NCBI GenBank assembly: GCA_003599865.1
Contig: QZKS01000020.1
Coordinates: 134,420 to 198,419, forward strand
Length of the DNA: 64,000 nt
Reading direction: 5' to 3'
From: Desulfobacteraceae bacterium
GTDB lineage: Bacteria > Desulfobacterota > Desulfobacteria > Desulfobacterales > SURF-7
Shown here in pieces: positions 1 through 8,350 of the stretch (position 1 is the stretch's first letter; the number at the start of each line of letters is the position of its first letter). The position numbers and the translations under genes were made by a program. The notes beneath the pieces are model-generated. The model was not told where the DNA came from, ran no database searches, and saw nothing but the letters and a program-made list of their open reading frames with translations.

Positions 1-1637
1 CGCAGTTGTTCGATACCCAGATGACCTACTGGCAGGAGTATTGGGGCTTAATTCAGAAAAGCGCCGCCCAGCTGCTGGGCGGGCCCGTGGAAACGGAAAC
101 ACAGAACGGGAAACCCGACAAACGGTTCCGGGATGAAGCATGGGACAAAAACCCCATGTTCAGTTTCATCAAACAGAGCTACCTGCTGACGGCCCGCTCC
201 ATCCGGAATACCATTCAGAATATCCATGACCTGGACGACAAAACCAGACAGCGGGTTGAATTTTATACCAACCAGTATCTGGATGCCATATCTCCTTCGA
301 ACTTTCTCATGACCAACCCGGAGCTCCTGAAACTGACCCTGGAAAGCCGGGGAGAAAATCTTCTCAAGGGGCTGAACAACCTTCTGGATGATCTGGACCG
401 GGGCCCCTGTCAGCTCCAGATCAAAATGACGGATCTGGATGCTTTTGAGGTCGGTAAAAATCTGGCCATGACACCGGGAAAAATCATCTTTCAGAATGAT
501 CTGATGCAGCTGATCCAATATGCGCCGGCAACCGATACGGTGTTCAAAAATCCGGTCATGATCATTCCGCCCTGGATCAACAAATATTACATCCTGGACC
601 TTACGGAAAAAAATTCCATGGTCAAGTGGATGGTGGATCAGGGATACACGGTCTTCATGATCTCCTGGGCCAATCCGGATGAAACCCTCATCCATAAGGA
701 CTTTCAGGATTATATGCTGGAGGGCCCGATCACGGCACTGGATGCCATCGAACGGGTTACGAAGCAACGAAAGGTGAATGCCATCGGCTACTGCATGGGA
801 GGAACCCTTCTGGCCTGCACTGCGGCCTACCTTCAGGCAAAAGGAGAAGGCGGCCGGATCGCAAGCTGCACCTACATGGCTTCCTTATTGGATTTTTCCA
901 ACCCCGGCGATATGGGTGTATTCATCGACGAGGAGCAGATTGCCGCATTTGAAAAACAGATGAGCGAGCAGGGCTATATGGACGGATGTGCCATGTCCAA
1001 CAGTTTCAGCATGCTGCGGGCCAATGACCTGGTCTGGTCCTATGTGGTCAACAACTACCTGAAAGGTACCAGCCCGGTGCCGTTTGACGTGCTTTTCTGG
1101 AATTCCGACTCCACCAATCTCCCTGCCAGAATGCACAGCTTTTACCTTCGGAACATGTATCTCCACAACCGGCTGCGGGAACCCGGCGGCATCTCCTTGA
1201 ACAATGTGTCTATTGATCTTTCGAAAATCACCAATCCCTCATACTTCATCTCCACCCGGGAAGACCATATCGCCATCTGGCAGTCTACCTATAAGGGAAC
1301 AAAACTGCACAGCGGCCCGGTGCGCTTTGTGCTGGGAGCTTCCGGCCATGTTGCCGGAATCGTGAATCCGCCGTACAAAATCAAATACGGCCACTGGACC
1401 AGCGAAAACCTGCCGGAATCCGCGGAAGAGTGGCTCAACCATGCTGAATTTCATGAAGAATCCTGGTGGCTGGACTGGCTCAAATGGAACAAGGCATATG
1501 CCGGTAAAATGGTTGCCGCACGGAAACTGAGCGGCAAAAAATTCAAGGACCTGGAAGATGCGCCCGGCTGCTATGTCACCAAACGACTGGACCGTCCGGA
1601 AAGCGGTGTGTGCTATCTGCCCAATGCACTGCTGTAA
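1..1637 (+). CDS. phaC: Class I poly(3-hydroxyalkanoate) synthase, 5'-truncated by the window edge
   Basis: The frame is open to the window start; the first listed codon at 6 is TTG. It has the PhaC N-domain motif RFRDEAWDKNPMFSFIKQSYLL and the lipase box G-Y-C-M-G-G (Cys codon 792-794). 543 aa are visible of a typical ~590 aa single-subunit synthase. Confidence 0.9.
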   Translation, partial: QLFDTQMTYWQEYWGLIQKSAAQLLGGPVETETQNGKPDKRFRDEAWDKNPMFSFIKQSYLLTARSIRNTIQNIHDLDDKTRQRVEFYTNQYLDAISPSNFLMTNPELLKLTLESRGENLLKGLNNLLDDLDRGPCQLQIKMTDLDAFEVGKNLAMTPGKIIFQNDLMQLIQYAPATDTVFKNPVMIIPPWINKYYILDLTEKNSMVKWMVDQGYTVFMISWANPDETLIHKDFQDYMLEGPITALDAIERVTKQRKVNAIGYCMGGTLLACTAAYLQAKGEGGRIASCTYMASLLDFSNPGDMGVFIDEEQIAAFEKQMSEQGYMDGCAMSNSFSMLRANDLVWSYVVNNYLKGTSPVPFDVLFWNSDSTNLPARMHSFYLRNMYLHNRLREPGGISLNNVSIDLSKITNPSYFISTREDHIAIWQSTYKGTKLHSGPVRFVLGASGHVAGIVNPPYKIKYGHWTSENLPESAEEWLNHAEFHEESWWLDWLKWNKAYAGKMVAARKLSGKKFKDLEDAPGCYVTKRLDRPESGVCYLPNALL

Positions 1638-1704
1638 AATTAACTGACTTTCTGATTCCGCTGGAAGCATTGTGAGGACTGTTTTGTTCCAACCTGCGGA
1701 CAGC

Positions 1705-1738
1705 AAAAAAGCGAGAGGCATTCACCTCCCGCTTTTTT
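1705..1738. terminator. Bidirectional intrinsic terminator between convergent phaC and the PEP-CTERM gene
   Basis: AAAAAA-GCGAGAGG-cattca-CCTCCCGC-TTTTTT: a 7/8 bp GC-rich stem flanked by an A6 run and a T6 run. It lies in the 119 nt gap between two convergent stop codons. Confidence 0.7.
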
Positions 1739-1756
1739 GCCGGTGCAATGTATTCT

Positions 1757-2425
1757 TTATTTTTTGGAAAATCTTTTCCGACCAACCCCAAGGCCCAGCA
1801 AACCGGTGCCCAGAAGCAGCAGCGTGGCCGGTTCCGGAACCGGCGCCAGATCATTGCCGATAATCGTCATATCATTCCAGTCACGATCGCCACCGCCTCT
1901 TTGGTCATCCAGGTAAATGCCGACCGTGTCGATACCGTTCCAATCCGTGGCGATATGTTCGATTGTCGTATCCAGAGGAGTGCCGTTGGCATAACTGTTG
2001 AACCTTGTATCCGTATACCATAGGTAGTCCAGGGTTGTATCAGTTGCGCCGCCGGTGTATACCCCGTAATAGAAACCAAAATACCGATCAAAGAGCTGCC
2101 AGTCTTCAAAATCGGATTTGGCCCACCATCCATCGGAATCCTGCTTAAAATAAACGTTTGCAACGGAAAACGGTTCGGATTTGGCTTCGAAAACCAGCAA
2201 TTTTTCCACGATTGTGGTGGGGTTGGCGATATCGTCTACCGTGAATAAACCAAAATCGGACTCATAACCCGCGATCTCAACAGATAAAACAAAAAAAGCG
2301 GATCCATTATCACCGGTAGTAAAATCGGTGGGCGTCCAATAATCCTGGGTAAAAGAAAGTGCAAAACTATTTTTGGCTAAAAAAAGAACGGCTAAAAAAA
2401 TAAAGAATTTGATTTTTGTTTTCAT
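1757..2425 (-). CDS. Secreted PEP-CTERM sorting-domain protein with a DUF4114-like region
   Basis: The C-terminus is VPEPATLLLLGTGLLGLGVGRKRFSKK (PEP motif, TM helix, basic tail). It has an N-terminal signal peptide MKTKIKFFIFLAVLFLAKNSFA and a DRDWNDM motif typical of DUF4114. The start at 2425 follows AAGGAG with 7 nt spacing; the longest ORF extends to 2443. Confidence 0.85.
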   Translation of the reverse strand: MKTKIKFFIFLAVLFLAKNSFALSFTQDYWTPTDFTTGDNGSAFFVLSVEIAGYESDFGLFTVDDIANPTTIVEKLLVFEAKSEPFSVANVYFKQDSDGWWAKSDFEDWQLFDRYFGFYYGVYTGGATDTTLDYLWYTDTRFNSYANGTPLDTTIEHIATDWNGIDTVGIYLDDQRGGGDRDWNDMTIIGNDLAPVPEPATLLLLGTGLLGLGVGRKRFSKK

Positions 2426-2543
2426 GATCTGGCTCCTTATCAACTCCTGCTGACCGATATTTTAAAAAAGCAGCTTCGTTGATCGTTGTCGGTTCTTGTT
2501 ACATAACTTTCTTATACGAACTGCCGTGATTGACGGTCAACAA

Positions 2544-2560
2544 AGCAATAGCAGTGCCAG
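2544..2560 (-). promoter_or_regulatory. Sigma54 (RpoN) -24/-12 promoter upstream of the PEP-CTERM gene
   Basis: The minus strand reads CTGGCAC-tgcta-TTGCT, which matches the TGGCAC-N5-TTGCW consensus exactly in the GG/GC elements and spacing. It lies about 120 nt upstream of the ATG at 2425. Confidence 0.75.
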
Positions 2561-2625
2561 ACAATTTTAAAACCCGCAATGATAATATAACCAATTAAAA
2601 TCAAAAATAAAAAAAGATGCCCCTG

Positions 2626-2663
2626 CCGGACGTAACCGTCCTGAATGGAAGGGTATGGTCCGG
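2626..2663. promoter_or_regulatory. Candidate enhancer (UAS) inverted repeats for a sigma54 activator
   Basis: CCGGAC (2626-2631) and GTCCGG (2658-2663) form an outer inverted repeat. Nested inside is the palindrome GGACGTAACCGTCC (2628-2641). The site is 70-120 bp upstream of the -24/-12 element and separated from it by an A-tract (aatcaaaaataaaaaaag). Confidence 0.35.
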
Positions 2664-2776
2664 ATATAGGAAAATCATTACACAAAAGCCGGTATATGCT
2701 TACGGATGAAAAAAAATGGAATTTCTTGAATAACGCCGAGAACAGGGAGTGCGGTTGGTTTTGATTGTAAATGTCA

Positions 2777-2826
2777 AATGGCCGGAGAAGAGGATTACGC
2801 TTTCTCTCCCCCCGGCCATTTTTTTC
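2777..2826. terminator. GC-rich hairpin with a T7 run immediately downstream of the DUF3141 stop codon
   Basis: AATGGCCGG...CCGGCCATT forms an 8-9 bp stem with partial inner pairing, followed by TTTTTTT on the plus strand. On the minus strand, the strand of the adjacent gene, the U-tract is weak (TTTGACATTT). Confidence 0.5.
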
Positions 2827-2840
2827 ATTGCTCCATAAGA

Positions 2841-5006
2841 TCAGTTATCCGCCAGCGCCTGACGGATGGTTTTCAATATATTTTCCTCCTGTTCCGTGAT
2901 TGCCTGATCCGCAAGGGCGATGCGCTCGGCAATTTTCAACGCAATTGCACGGTCCTTTTGATCCGGAATCAGAATGGAAAGCGCTTTCAACGCTCCTTCT
3001 TCATCGGCAACCAGAATACAGGACTGCTGCCGGATCATTTTCTTGAACTCCGGCTCCTTTAAAATTTTCAACCGGTCATCGGTTTCAATCACATCATCAT
3101 ATGCCTGCAAAACCCTTCTCTGAAGGCTTTCTCCTGCATGGGCCATTTTCAGCATGATGCGGACTACCCCTTCCGCAAACCCGCCCTTGTCCACCGCTTC
3201 CAGCCATTGGGGATCGCAGACACTTTCCGCTTCCCGTCTACCCGGTTCAGGCTTGAAAATCGACTGTATCCACGGATTTCCATACATGGTTTTAAACCAG
3301 AACTCCTGGGCCTGATCCCGCACATCCCGGTACAGATTCCATGAATCCGAGATCAGTTTTGCCGCATTTTTTTCCAGAACGGCAAAAGGGTTGTCGGGAG
3401 ATACCGGCTTGCGGTTCTCCTCCACCATCGGCATGATGAACTTCAACGGCATCATCATGGGGTTGGCATCGGAAAACGCCGTGCATGCCATGCGCAGGGG
3501 ATGAAGCTGCCGGATCAGTTCAGCCGTTCCCTCGTTTATGAACATCCGGACAAAGGGGCTTGCCGTTGTCCGATACCAATAATCGTTGAACTCCGACAGG
3601 GCTGCCACCGAACGAAAGTCCTCCTCATCGCCCAGACCATCATCCAGTGCAAGGATGTCCTTGATACCCCTTTCCTCAAAACGCACATTGTAAATCCCCT
3701 GCGCCTCCTGATCTTCAATCACCATTTCATACAATCCCGGTGACAGGTATTCGATGAGATCAATGCTGGCGATAATCTCCTTATGCTCTTTTTTCGAAAC
3801 CTTGCCGGAAACAAAAATGCCGAGATGTCCGATGGTATCATGCAGCAGGTATACGATCACCTGCTGCCTTCGCCTAATCTCTTCCTCCGATCTCCAGACC
3901 TTGGCAATCCAGTTCAGGGCCTGCTGCGGAGGCGTGATATTGTCTCCGCTGGAGGCAAAGACAAGCACCGGTGCCTGAAGATTTTTCAGATCGATCTTTC
4001 TGTCGCCCAGCTCAAGCTTTCCCTCTTCCAGTTTGTTGCCGACAAAGAGATTATCGATAATATAATGGATCTCCTCCCGGGTCATCATGAAAAAGCCATT
4101 CCACCAGCGTTCAAAATCAAGATACCGCTGCTTTTCCGAATCCACATGGGAATACAGATTGTACGGTTTATTCCAGTATGTATTGGCCGGATTCAGCGCC
4201 TCAAACCCGGAAACCAGATGCGCCCCGTCAAACACCCCGTTGCCCAGGTCGCTCCACAACGAAGCAGCCCAGACTCCGCCCACCAGCCCGCCGCGATACC
4301 GCATGGGATTTTTCCCATCCACACCGGCCCAGTAGGACAACGGCGAACCATTGAAGACCATTGGCCCGACAATATCCGGCCGGTCCGCACCGATCAGTGC
4401 CGCAGCCCATCCTGCCTGGCAATTTCCGATAATGGCCGGCTTTTCCGCTTCCGGATGATGTGATATTACCGCTTCAATGTAGGCAATCTGAGCCTGATGA
4501 ACATCCGTAAATGTCTGGCCCGGTATGGGATCGGCATCAAACAGGATAAAATACACCGGATATCCCTGATCCAATGCCATTCCAATTTCCGAGTCTCTTT
4601 TGGAGCCTCCGATTCCCGGCCCATGACCGGCACGCGGGTCAACAATAATGATCGGGCGTTTTTTTCGCTTGTCAGCCGTATGATCCACCGAACCGCCGGC
4701 AAGAGGCGTCCGTTTTTCCCGGATCGCGTCCCGCTTATTCTCCCCTCCGTTCCGCCGGTCACAGATACGGGCAAGGGAAAAATTCACTGGCGGAGTCAAG
4801 GCTTTACCATGAATGATGACTTCATAATCAAACGTCAATACAGGGGGTTTCCCATCCTGAATATGCTTGAGGTAATTGTTCCCCCGTTGATTTAAAACAT
4901 CGAGATAGAGAACCGAGCGCTGACCGGCATCCACGATATAATCCATCAATGAACCCGGATAATTTACCGGTTTCATCGGACTTGAAATCTGACTTGAATT
5001 GTTCAT
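2841..5006 (-). CDS. DUF3141-family alpha/beta-hydrolase (PHA synthase-like) with a helical TerB-like C-terminal tail
   Basis: The N-terminal DYIVDAGQRSVLYLDVLNQRGNNYL and overall length match my recollection of DUF3141. It has a nucleophile-elbow-like motif G-N-C-Q-A-G-W (Cys codon 4419-4421). The start at 5006 (MNNSSQ) sits 6 nt after AAGGAGG; the longest ORF reaches 5063 but overlaps the predicted promoter. Confidence 0.7.
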   Translation of the reverse strand: MNNSSQISSPMKPVNYPGSLMDYIVDAGQRSVLYLDVLNQRGNNYLKHIQDGKPPVLTFDYEVIIHGKALTPPVNFSLARICDRRNGGENKRDAIREKRTPLAGGSVDHTADKRKKRPIIIVDPRAGHGPGIGGSKRDSEIGMALDQGYPVYFILFDADPIPGQTFTDVHQAQIAYIEAVISHHPEAEKPAIIGNCQAGWAAALIGADRPDIVGPMVFNGSPLSYWAGVDGKNPMRYRGGLVGGVWAASLWSDLGNGVFDGAHLVSGFEALNPANTYWNKPYNLYSHVDSEKQRYLDFERWWNGFFMMTREEIHYIIDNLFVGNKLEEGKLELGDRKIDLKNLQAPVLVFASSGDNITPPQQALNWIAKVWRSEEEIRRRQQVIVYLLHDTIGHLGIFVSGKVSKKEHKEIIASIDLIEYLSPGLYEMVIEDQEAQGIYNVRFEERGIKDILALDDGLGDEEDFRSVAALSEFNDYWYRTTASPFVRMFINEGTAELIRQLHPLRMACTAFSDANPMMMPLKFIMPMVEENRKPVSPDNPFAVLEKNAAKLISDSWNLYRDVRDQAQEFWFKTMYGNPWIQSIFKPEPGRREAESVCDPQWLEAVDKGGFAEGVVRIMLKMAHAGESLQRRVLQAYDDVIETDDRLKILKEPEFKKMIRQQSCILVADEEGALKALSILIPDQKDRAIALKIAERIALADQAITEQEENILKTIRQALADN

Positions 5007-5062
5007 AGACATCCTCCTTATTAGTACGGAAAGATCCATTCGACTTCTATTGCTATGCAACA

Positions 5063-5091
5063 ATAATATTACCCAAAACCGACTCTGTCAA
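5063..5091 (-). promoter_or_regulatory. Sigma70-type promoter for the DUF3141 gene
   Basis: The minus strand reads TTGACA-N17-TATTAT, which would give a ~50 nt leader to the ATG at 5006. Confidence 0.55.
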
Positions 5092-5206
5092 CGAATTTCC
5101 CATTTCTGAATTTTAACTTATTGTTTTATAGCTAAAAATAATAATTCGCATCCAGCTCACCCCCAAATACCATCCTCATTAAAATGGTGCACTGCAATAT
5201 TTTTGC

Positions 5207-5234
5207 TTGACACCAAATATTTGATCCCTATCTT
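5207..5234 (+). promoter_or_regulatory. Sigma70-type promoter for the phasin-like gene array
   Basis: TTGACA-N16-TATCTT, about 45 nt upstream of the ATG at 5282 and divergent from the DUF3141 promoter. Confidence 0.45.
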
Positions 5235-5281
5235 CTCGGTAAGAACAAATGCAACAACCAAAAAAACAATGGAGGTACAAC

Positions 5282-5581
5282 ATGGAAAATATAGCCTTTG
5301 CTCAACAAATCGCAGATATCAACCGGGTAAATGCAAACAATGCATGGAGCGTTGTGACACTTCTCCAGAACCAGACGGAAAGAAATGTCCGGGCCTTGAT
5401 CGAACAGGGAAATGGAATTGCCGAAGAAGGTCAACGCCTCATTGAAGAATGGACCAATGAATTTAAAAGGAGCCGGCAGGCCATCCAGGATGTTCTGGAA
5501 GAAAGCCGGGTCAGTCTGGAGCAGCTTTTTTCACCAAAGACCCAGCCGGCGGAAGCAGGCAAAACCAGAAAAACCAAATAA
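5282..5581 (+). CDS. Phasin-like small helical protein, paralog 1
   Basis: The start MENIAF follows GGAGG. It shares the pattern NNA[FW]..V.L.Q.Q.E...........EG..I..W....K with the two downstream paralogs and sits between phaC/DUF3141 and the other copies. The phasin assignment rests on context and composition only. Confidence 0.6.
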   Translation: MENIAFAQQIADINRVNANNAWSVVTLLQNQTERNVRALIEQGNGIAEEGQRLIEEWTNEFKRSRQAIQDVLEESRVSLEQLFSPKTQPAEAGKTRKTK

Positions 5582-5645
5582 GTGAGACAGGACAGGCAAG
5601 TATTGACAAACAATCTTGATGAATCAGTTTACGGGAGGTATAGTC

Positions 5646-5909
5646 ATGGAAAATCAAAAACTCATAAAACAGGCCGTCGATTTTCAGCGAAATGCTTTTA
5701 ACAATGCATTCCAGGCTGTCGTACTGTTCCAGGACCAGGCGGAAAGAGCGACAAAAACAATTCTGGATCAGGCAAACCTGGTCCCGGAAGAGGGAAAAAA
5801 CCTGATCGGAACCTGGACGGAAAACTATAAAAAGGGGCTGAACCAGTATAAGGAGGCCGTGGATGCCGGTTTTAATCGGATTGAGGAATTTCTCGGCGCA
5901 GCCCACTAA
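5646..5909 (+). CDS. Phasin-like small helical protein, paralog 2
   Basis: The start MENQKLIKQ follows GGGAGG. It aligns full-length with paralogs 1 and 3. Confidence 0.6.
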   Translation: MENQKLIKQAVDFQRNAFNNAFQAVVLFQDQAERATKTILDQANLVPEEGKNLIGTWTENYKKGLNQYKEAVDAGFNRIEEFLGAAH

Positions 5910-5953
5910 ATGCAGATTCAATCACGAAAGAAATACAACGGCAGACACCGAAT

Positions 5954-5995
5954 CGCTTCAGGAAACCCGCTGCAAGCATGAGGTTTCCTGAAGCG
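5954..5995 (+). other. Perfect 14-bp stem hairpin between phasin-like paralogs 2 and 3
   Basis: CGCTTCAGGAAACC (5954-5967) pairs with GGTTTCCTGAAGCG (5982-5995) around a 14 nt loop. No U-tract follows. Confidence 0.7.
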
Positions 5996-6018
5996 GCATA
6001 AAAAAAAGGAGACAGGAG

Positions 6019-6270
6019 ATGGACCAGAAACAGATTTTCAAGCAGATGCTCAATTTCAACAAATCGTCATTCAACAATGCATTCAGCACCCTTGTCATGG
6101 CTCAGGAGCAGATGGAAACCATGGGAAACTCGTTGGTTGATCAGGCTGCATGGCTACCGGCAGAAGGGAAAAAAGCCATACAGGACTGGCTCGGTGCCTG
6201 TAAAAAAGGCCGTGAAGAATACAAAAAGCTCATTGATGACGCCTATAAAAAGGTCGAAGCGTTCTTATAA
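6019..6270 (+). CDS. Phasin-like small helical protein, paralog 3
   Basis: The start follows AAAGGAGACAGGAG. It has the same conserved scaffold as paralogs 1 and 2. Confidence 0.6.
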   Translation: MDQKQIFKQMLNFNKSSFNNAFSTLVMAQEQMETMGNSLVDQAAWLPAEGKKAIQDWLGACKKGREEYKKLIDDAYKKVEAFL

Positions 6271-6320
6271 TTTTCAGAACCTCCCTTTTTATTTTCCGTT
6301 GGAAATGATAACAGGGTGGC

Positions 6321-8345
6321 ATGAAACCATGGCTTATCTATCCGCCCTTTGCCGATCCGACCCAGCCTTACCTTTCGCTGCCGTATCTGAAAGGGTATCT
6401 GCGATCCAGAGGACTGGATGCTGAGGTTGCGGACCTGAACCTTTCCGCCACCCATTATCTGCTTTCCCCCGGACAGGTGGCGGACAGTGCCGGAAAGCTG
6501 GCCGAACGTTTTGCAGACCTGAACCGGCAGGAACGGATAGGCGGCATGGACCAGCTGGCCTATCTGGCCATGGCAGAGGCCAGGCCGGCGGCCGTCCGGA
6601 GCCTGGCCTCGCCCGGTACGGCAATCAAAACCCTTCAGGATTCCAGGGATTTTTACCATTCCGCCCGGTACCGGCAGTCGCGGAACCAGATTGAGGATAC
6701 CTTTTCCTATCTGAGCGCGCTGCATTACCCTTACCATTTTCATTTTAACCGGGCATCCCATGCCGCCGTACCCTGGGGGATCGATCTTCTGGAAAGCTAT
6801 TTCCGGAAGCGGAAAAGTCCTCTGGATGCATTCTACCGGGATATTCTGGACAAACACCCTCTTTTGCCCGGACAGATCGTGGGCATTTCCCTGACATTCA
6901 TCAGCCAGATTCCCGAAACTTTTTATCTGCTCCATCTGCTGCGTCAAAAATGCCCAAAGGCATTCCTTGTGCTGGGCGGCACATGTGTCCAATACATCCT
7001 GCGTCATGCAAACACGGCAGTTCAAAAACAACTGCTTGCTCTCGCGGACGCCGCCTGTCTGTCTGAAGGAGAGGAAACCGTGGTTCAGCTGATCCGGGCA
7101 CTTGCAGCCCCTGGTTCCAATGAAGATGCCGGATCACGCTTCCATGCACTCCGGGAAATCCCCAACCTGCTGCTTCGTGAGCCTGACACCGGCGAACTGC
7201 ACACCGGCCCGGTTCTAACTACCAATATCGCCCACAGCCCGCTGCCCGATTACGCGGACCTGGATCTTGACAGCTATCTGGCGCCGAGCCGCACCCTTTT
7301 GTTTGCACCCACCCGGGGATGCTACTGGAATCGATGCTCCTTCTGCGACTACGGGTTGAACCGTTCCGGAAACCACGGCTACCGGGAAATGGAAGCAGCG
7401 GAAGCTGCAGAGGCGATGGCCGGACTGGCCGCAACCTACAATGTCCGGAATTTCTACCTTTCCGTGGATGTGCTTTCCCCTAAATTCGCCATCGCCCTGG
7501 CCCGGGAACTGATTGCCCGGAAAACCGATATCAAATGGTCGGCTGATTTTCGCATTGAGCCGTATTATACTCCGGAGCGCTGCCGCCTGCTCTACCGGTC
7601 GGGCTTGCGGGCGGTTGCATTCGGCATTGAAAGCGGATCGGACGAACTGCTCAAACGCATGCACAAAGGCATCACCGCCGGACAGATCCGCATGGTAAAC
7701 AACGCTTTCCACAATGCCGGCATTGCCACCGCCTGGATGGCCTTTACCGATCATCCCGGAGAAAAAAAATCACAGCTGCAAGCCACCCTGAGGCTGATCA
7801 AAAACCAATTGACTTCCGTTGACCTGTTTATCCTGGGACGCTTTGGCCTGACAGGAGGATCGGATATTGCCGCCTGTCCGGAGAAGTACGGCCTGAGTCG
7901 GATCTTTTTCTGCCGGGGAGACGACTTCCGGCTCTTTCCCCTGTATGAAACCAGGAATCAAAAAACCGGTGATTCTCAATATGCTGAAGATGAAATCGCC
8001 CGCCTGTCTTCCATGTACTACCTGGATCACTATCCATGGAACGGCGCCATCTCCACCCATCACTCTTTCCTGTATATCCTCCGATATGGTCAGGATGTTT
8101 TCCGGGACCTGCCGGCCCATGAGCTCCGCCCCCGCGGTGTCCAGAAGAATAGCCGCCTGCCCAGGGGATTGATTGTTCCTCCGGCATTTCCTCTGGGCCG
8201 CATGGCTCGGCAGCGCAGTCAATTCATGGAAGGCTTCCGGCAGTGCGCCCTGAAAATGCAGGACAATGGGCAGGCGCCTCTGGATGAGGCCTTTTTTAAC
8301 GATTTTCTGGAAAAGGAAGTAAAGCCTTTCCGCAAAACAAAATAA
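6321..8345 (+). CDS. B12-binding-domain radical SAM protein (class B-like), function unknown
   Basis: The N-terminus is B12-domain-like (MKPWLIYPPFADPTQPYLSLPYLKGYL). The cluster motif GCYWNRCSFCDYG (Cys codons 7320-7346) has C-x4-C-x2-C spacing. The gene starts 50 nt downstream of the third phasin-like gene on the same strand. Confidence 0.75.
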   Translation: MKPWLIYPPFADPTQPYLSLPYLKGYLRSRGLDAEVADLNLSATHYLLSPGQVADSAGKLAERFADLNRQERIGGMDQLAYLAMAEARPAAVRSLASPGTAIKTLQDSRDFYHSARYRQSRNQIEDTFSYLSALHYPYHFHFNRASHAAVPWGIDLLESYFRKRKSPLDAFYRDILDKHPLLPGQIVGISLTFISQIPETFYLLHLLRQKCPKAFLVLGGTCVQYILRHANTAVQKQLLALADAACLSEGEETVVQLIRALAAPGSNEDAGSRFHALREIPNLLLREPDTGELHTGPVLTTNIAHSPLPDYADLDLDSYLAPSRTLLFAPTRGCYWNRCSFCDYGLNRSGNHGYREMEAAEAAEAMAGLAATYNVRNFYLSVDVLSPKFAIALARELIARKTDIKWSADFRIEPYYTPERCRLLYRSGLRAVAFGIESGSDELLKRMHKGITAGQIRMVNNAFHNAGIATAWMAFTDHPGEKKSQLQATLRLIKNQLTSVDLFILGRFGLTGGSDIAACPEKYGLSRIFFCRGDDFRLFPLYETRNQKTGDSQYAEDEIARLSSMYYLDHYPWNGAISTHHSFLYILRYGQDVFRDLPAHELRPRGVQKNSRLPRGLIVPPAFPLGRMARQRSQFMEGFRQCALKMQDNGQAPLDEAFFNDFLEKEVKPFRKTK

Positions 8346-8350
8346 ACAAT

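Noticed and set aside
48-767. 239-aa minus-strand ORF antisense to phaC. The same class includes 6243-7031, 8714-9568, 9949-10863, 26167-26868, 30428-31396 and 53557-54093.
   Set aside because: Each is a shadow ORF fully inside a gene that has clear family motifs on the opposite strand. Their products are low-complexity and Arg/Gly/Pro-rich, with no recognisable motifs or ribosome-binding sites.
5185-5206. Sigma54-like string TGGTGCACTGCAATATTTTTGC upstream of the phasin-like genes
   Set aside because: The GG-to-GC spacing does not fit the TGGCAC-N5-TTGC geometry in any register.
5282-6270. The three tandem small proteins as RiPP precursor peptides for the adjacent B12-radical SAM enzyme
   Set aside because: Conservation is spread evenly over the whole length. 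There is no split into a conserved leader and a variable core, no Cys/Ser/Thr-rich core and no protease or exporter gene. A helical phasin-like structural protein is the simpler reading. The adjacency is still reported as a finding.
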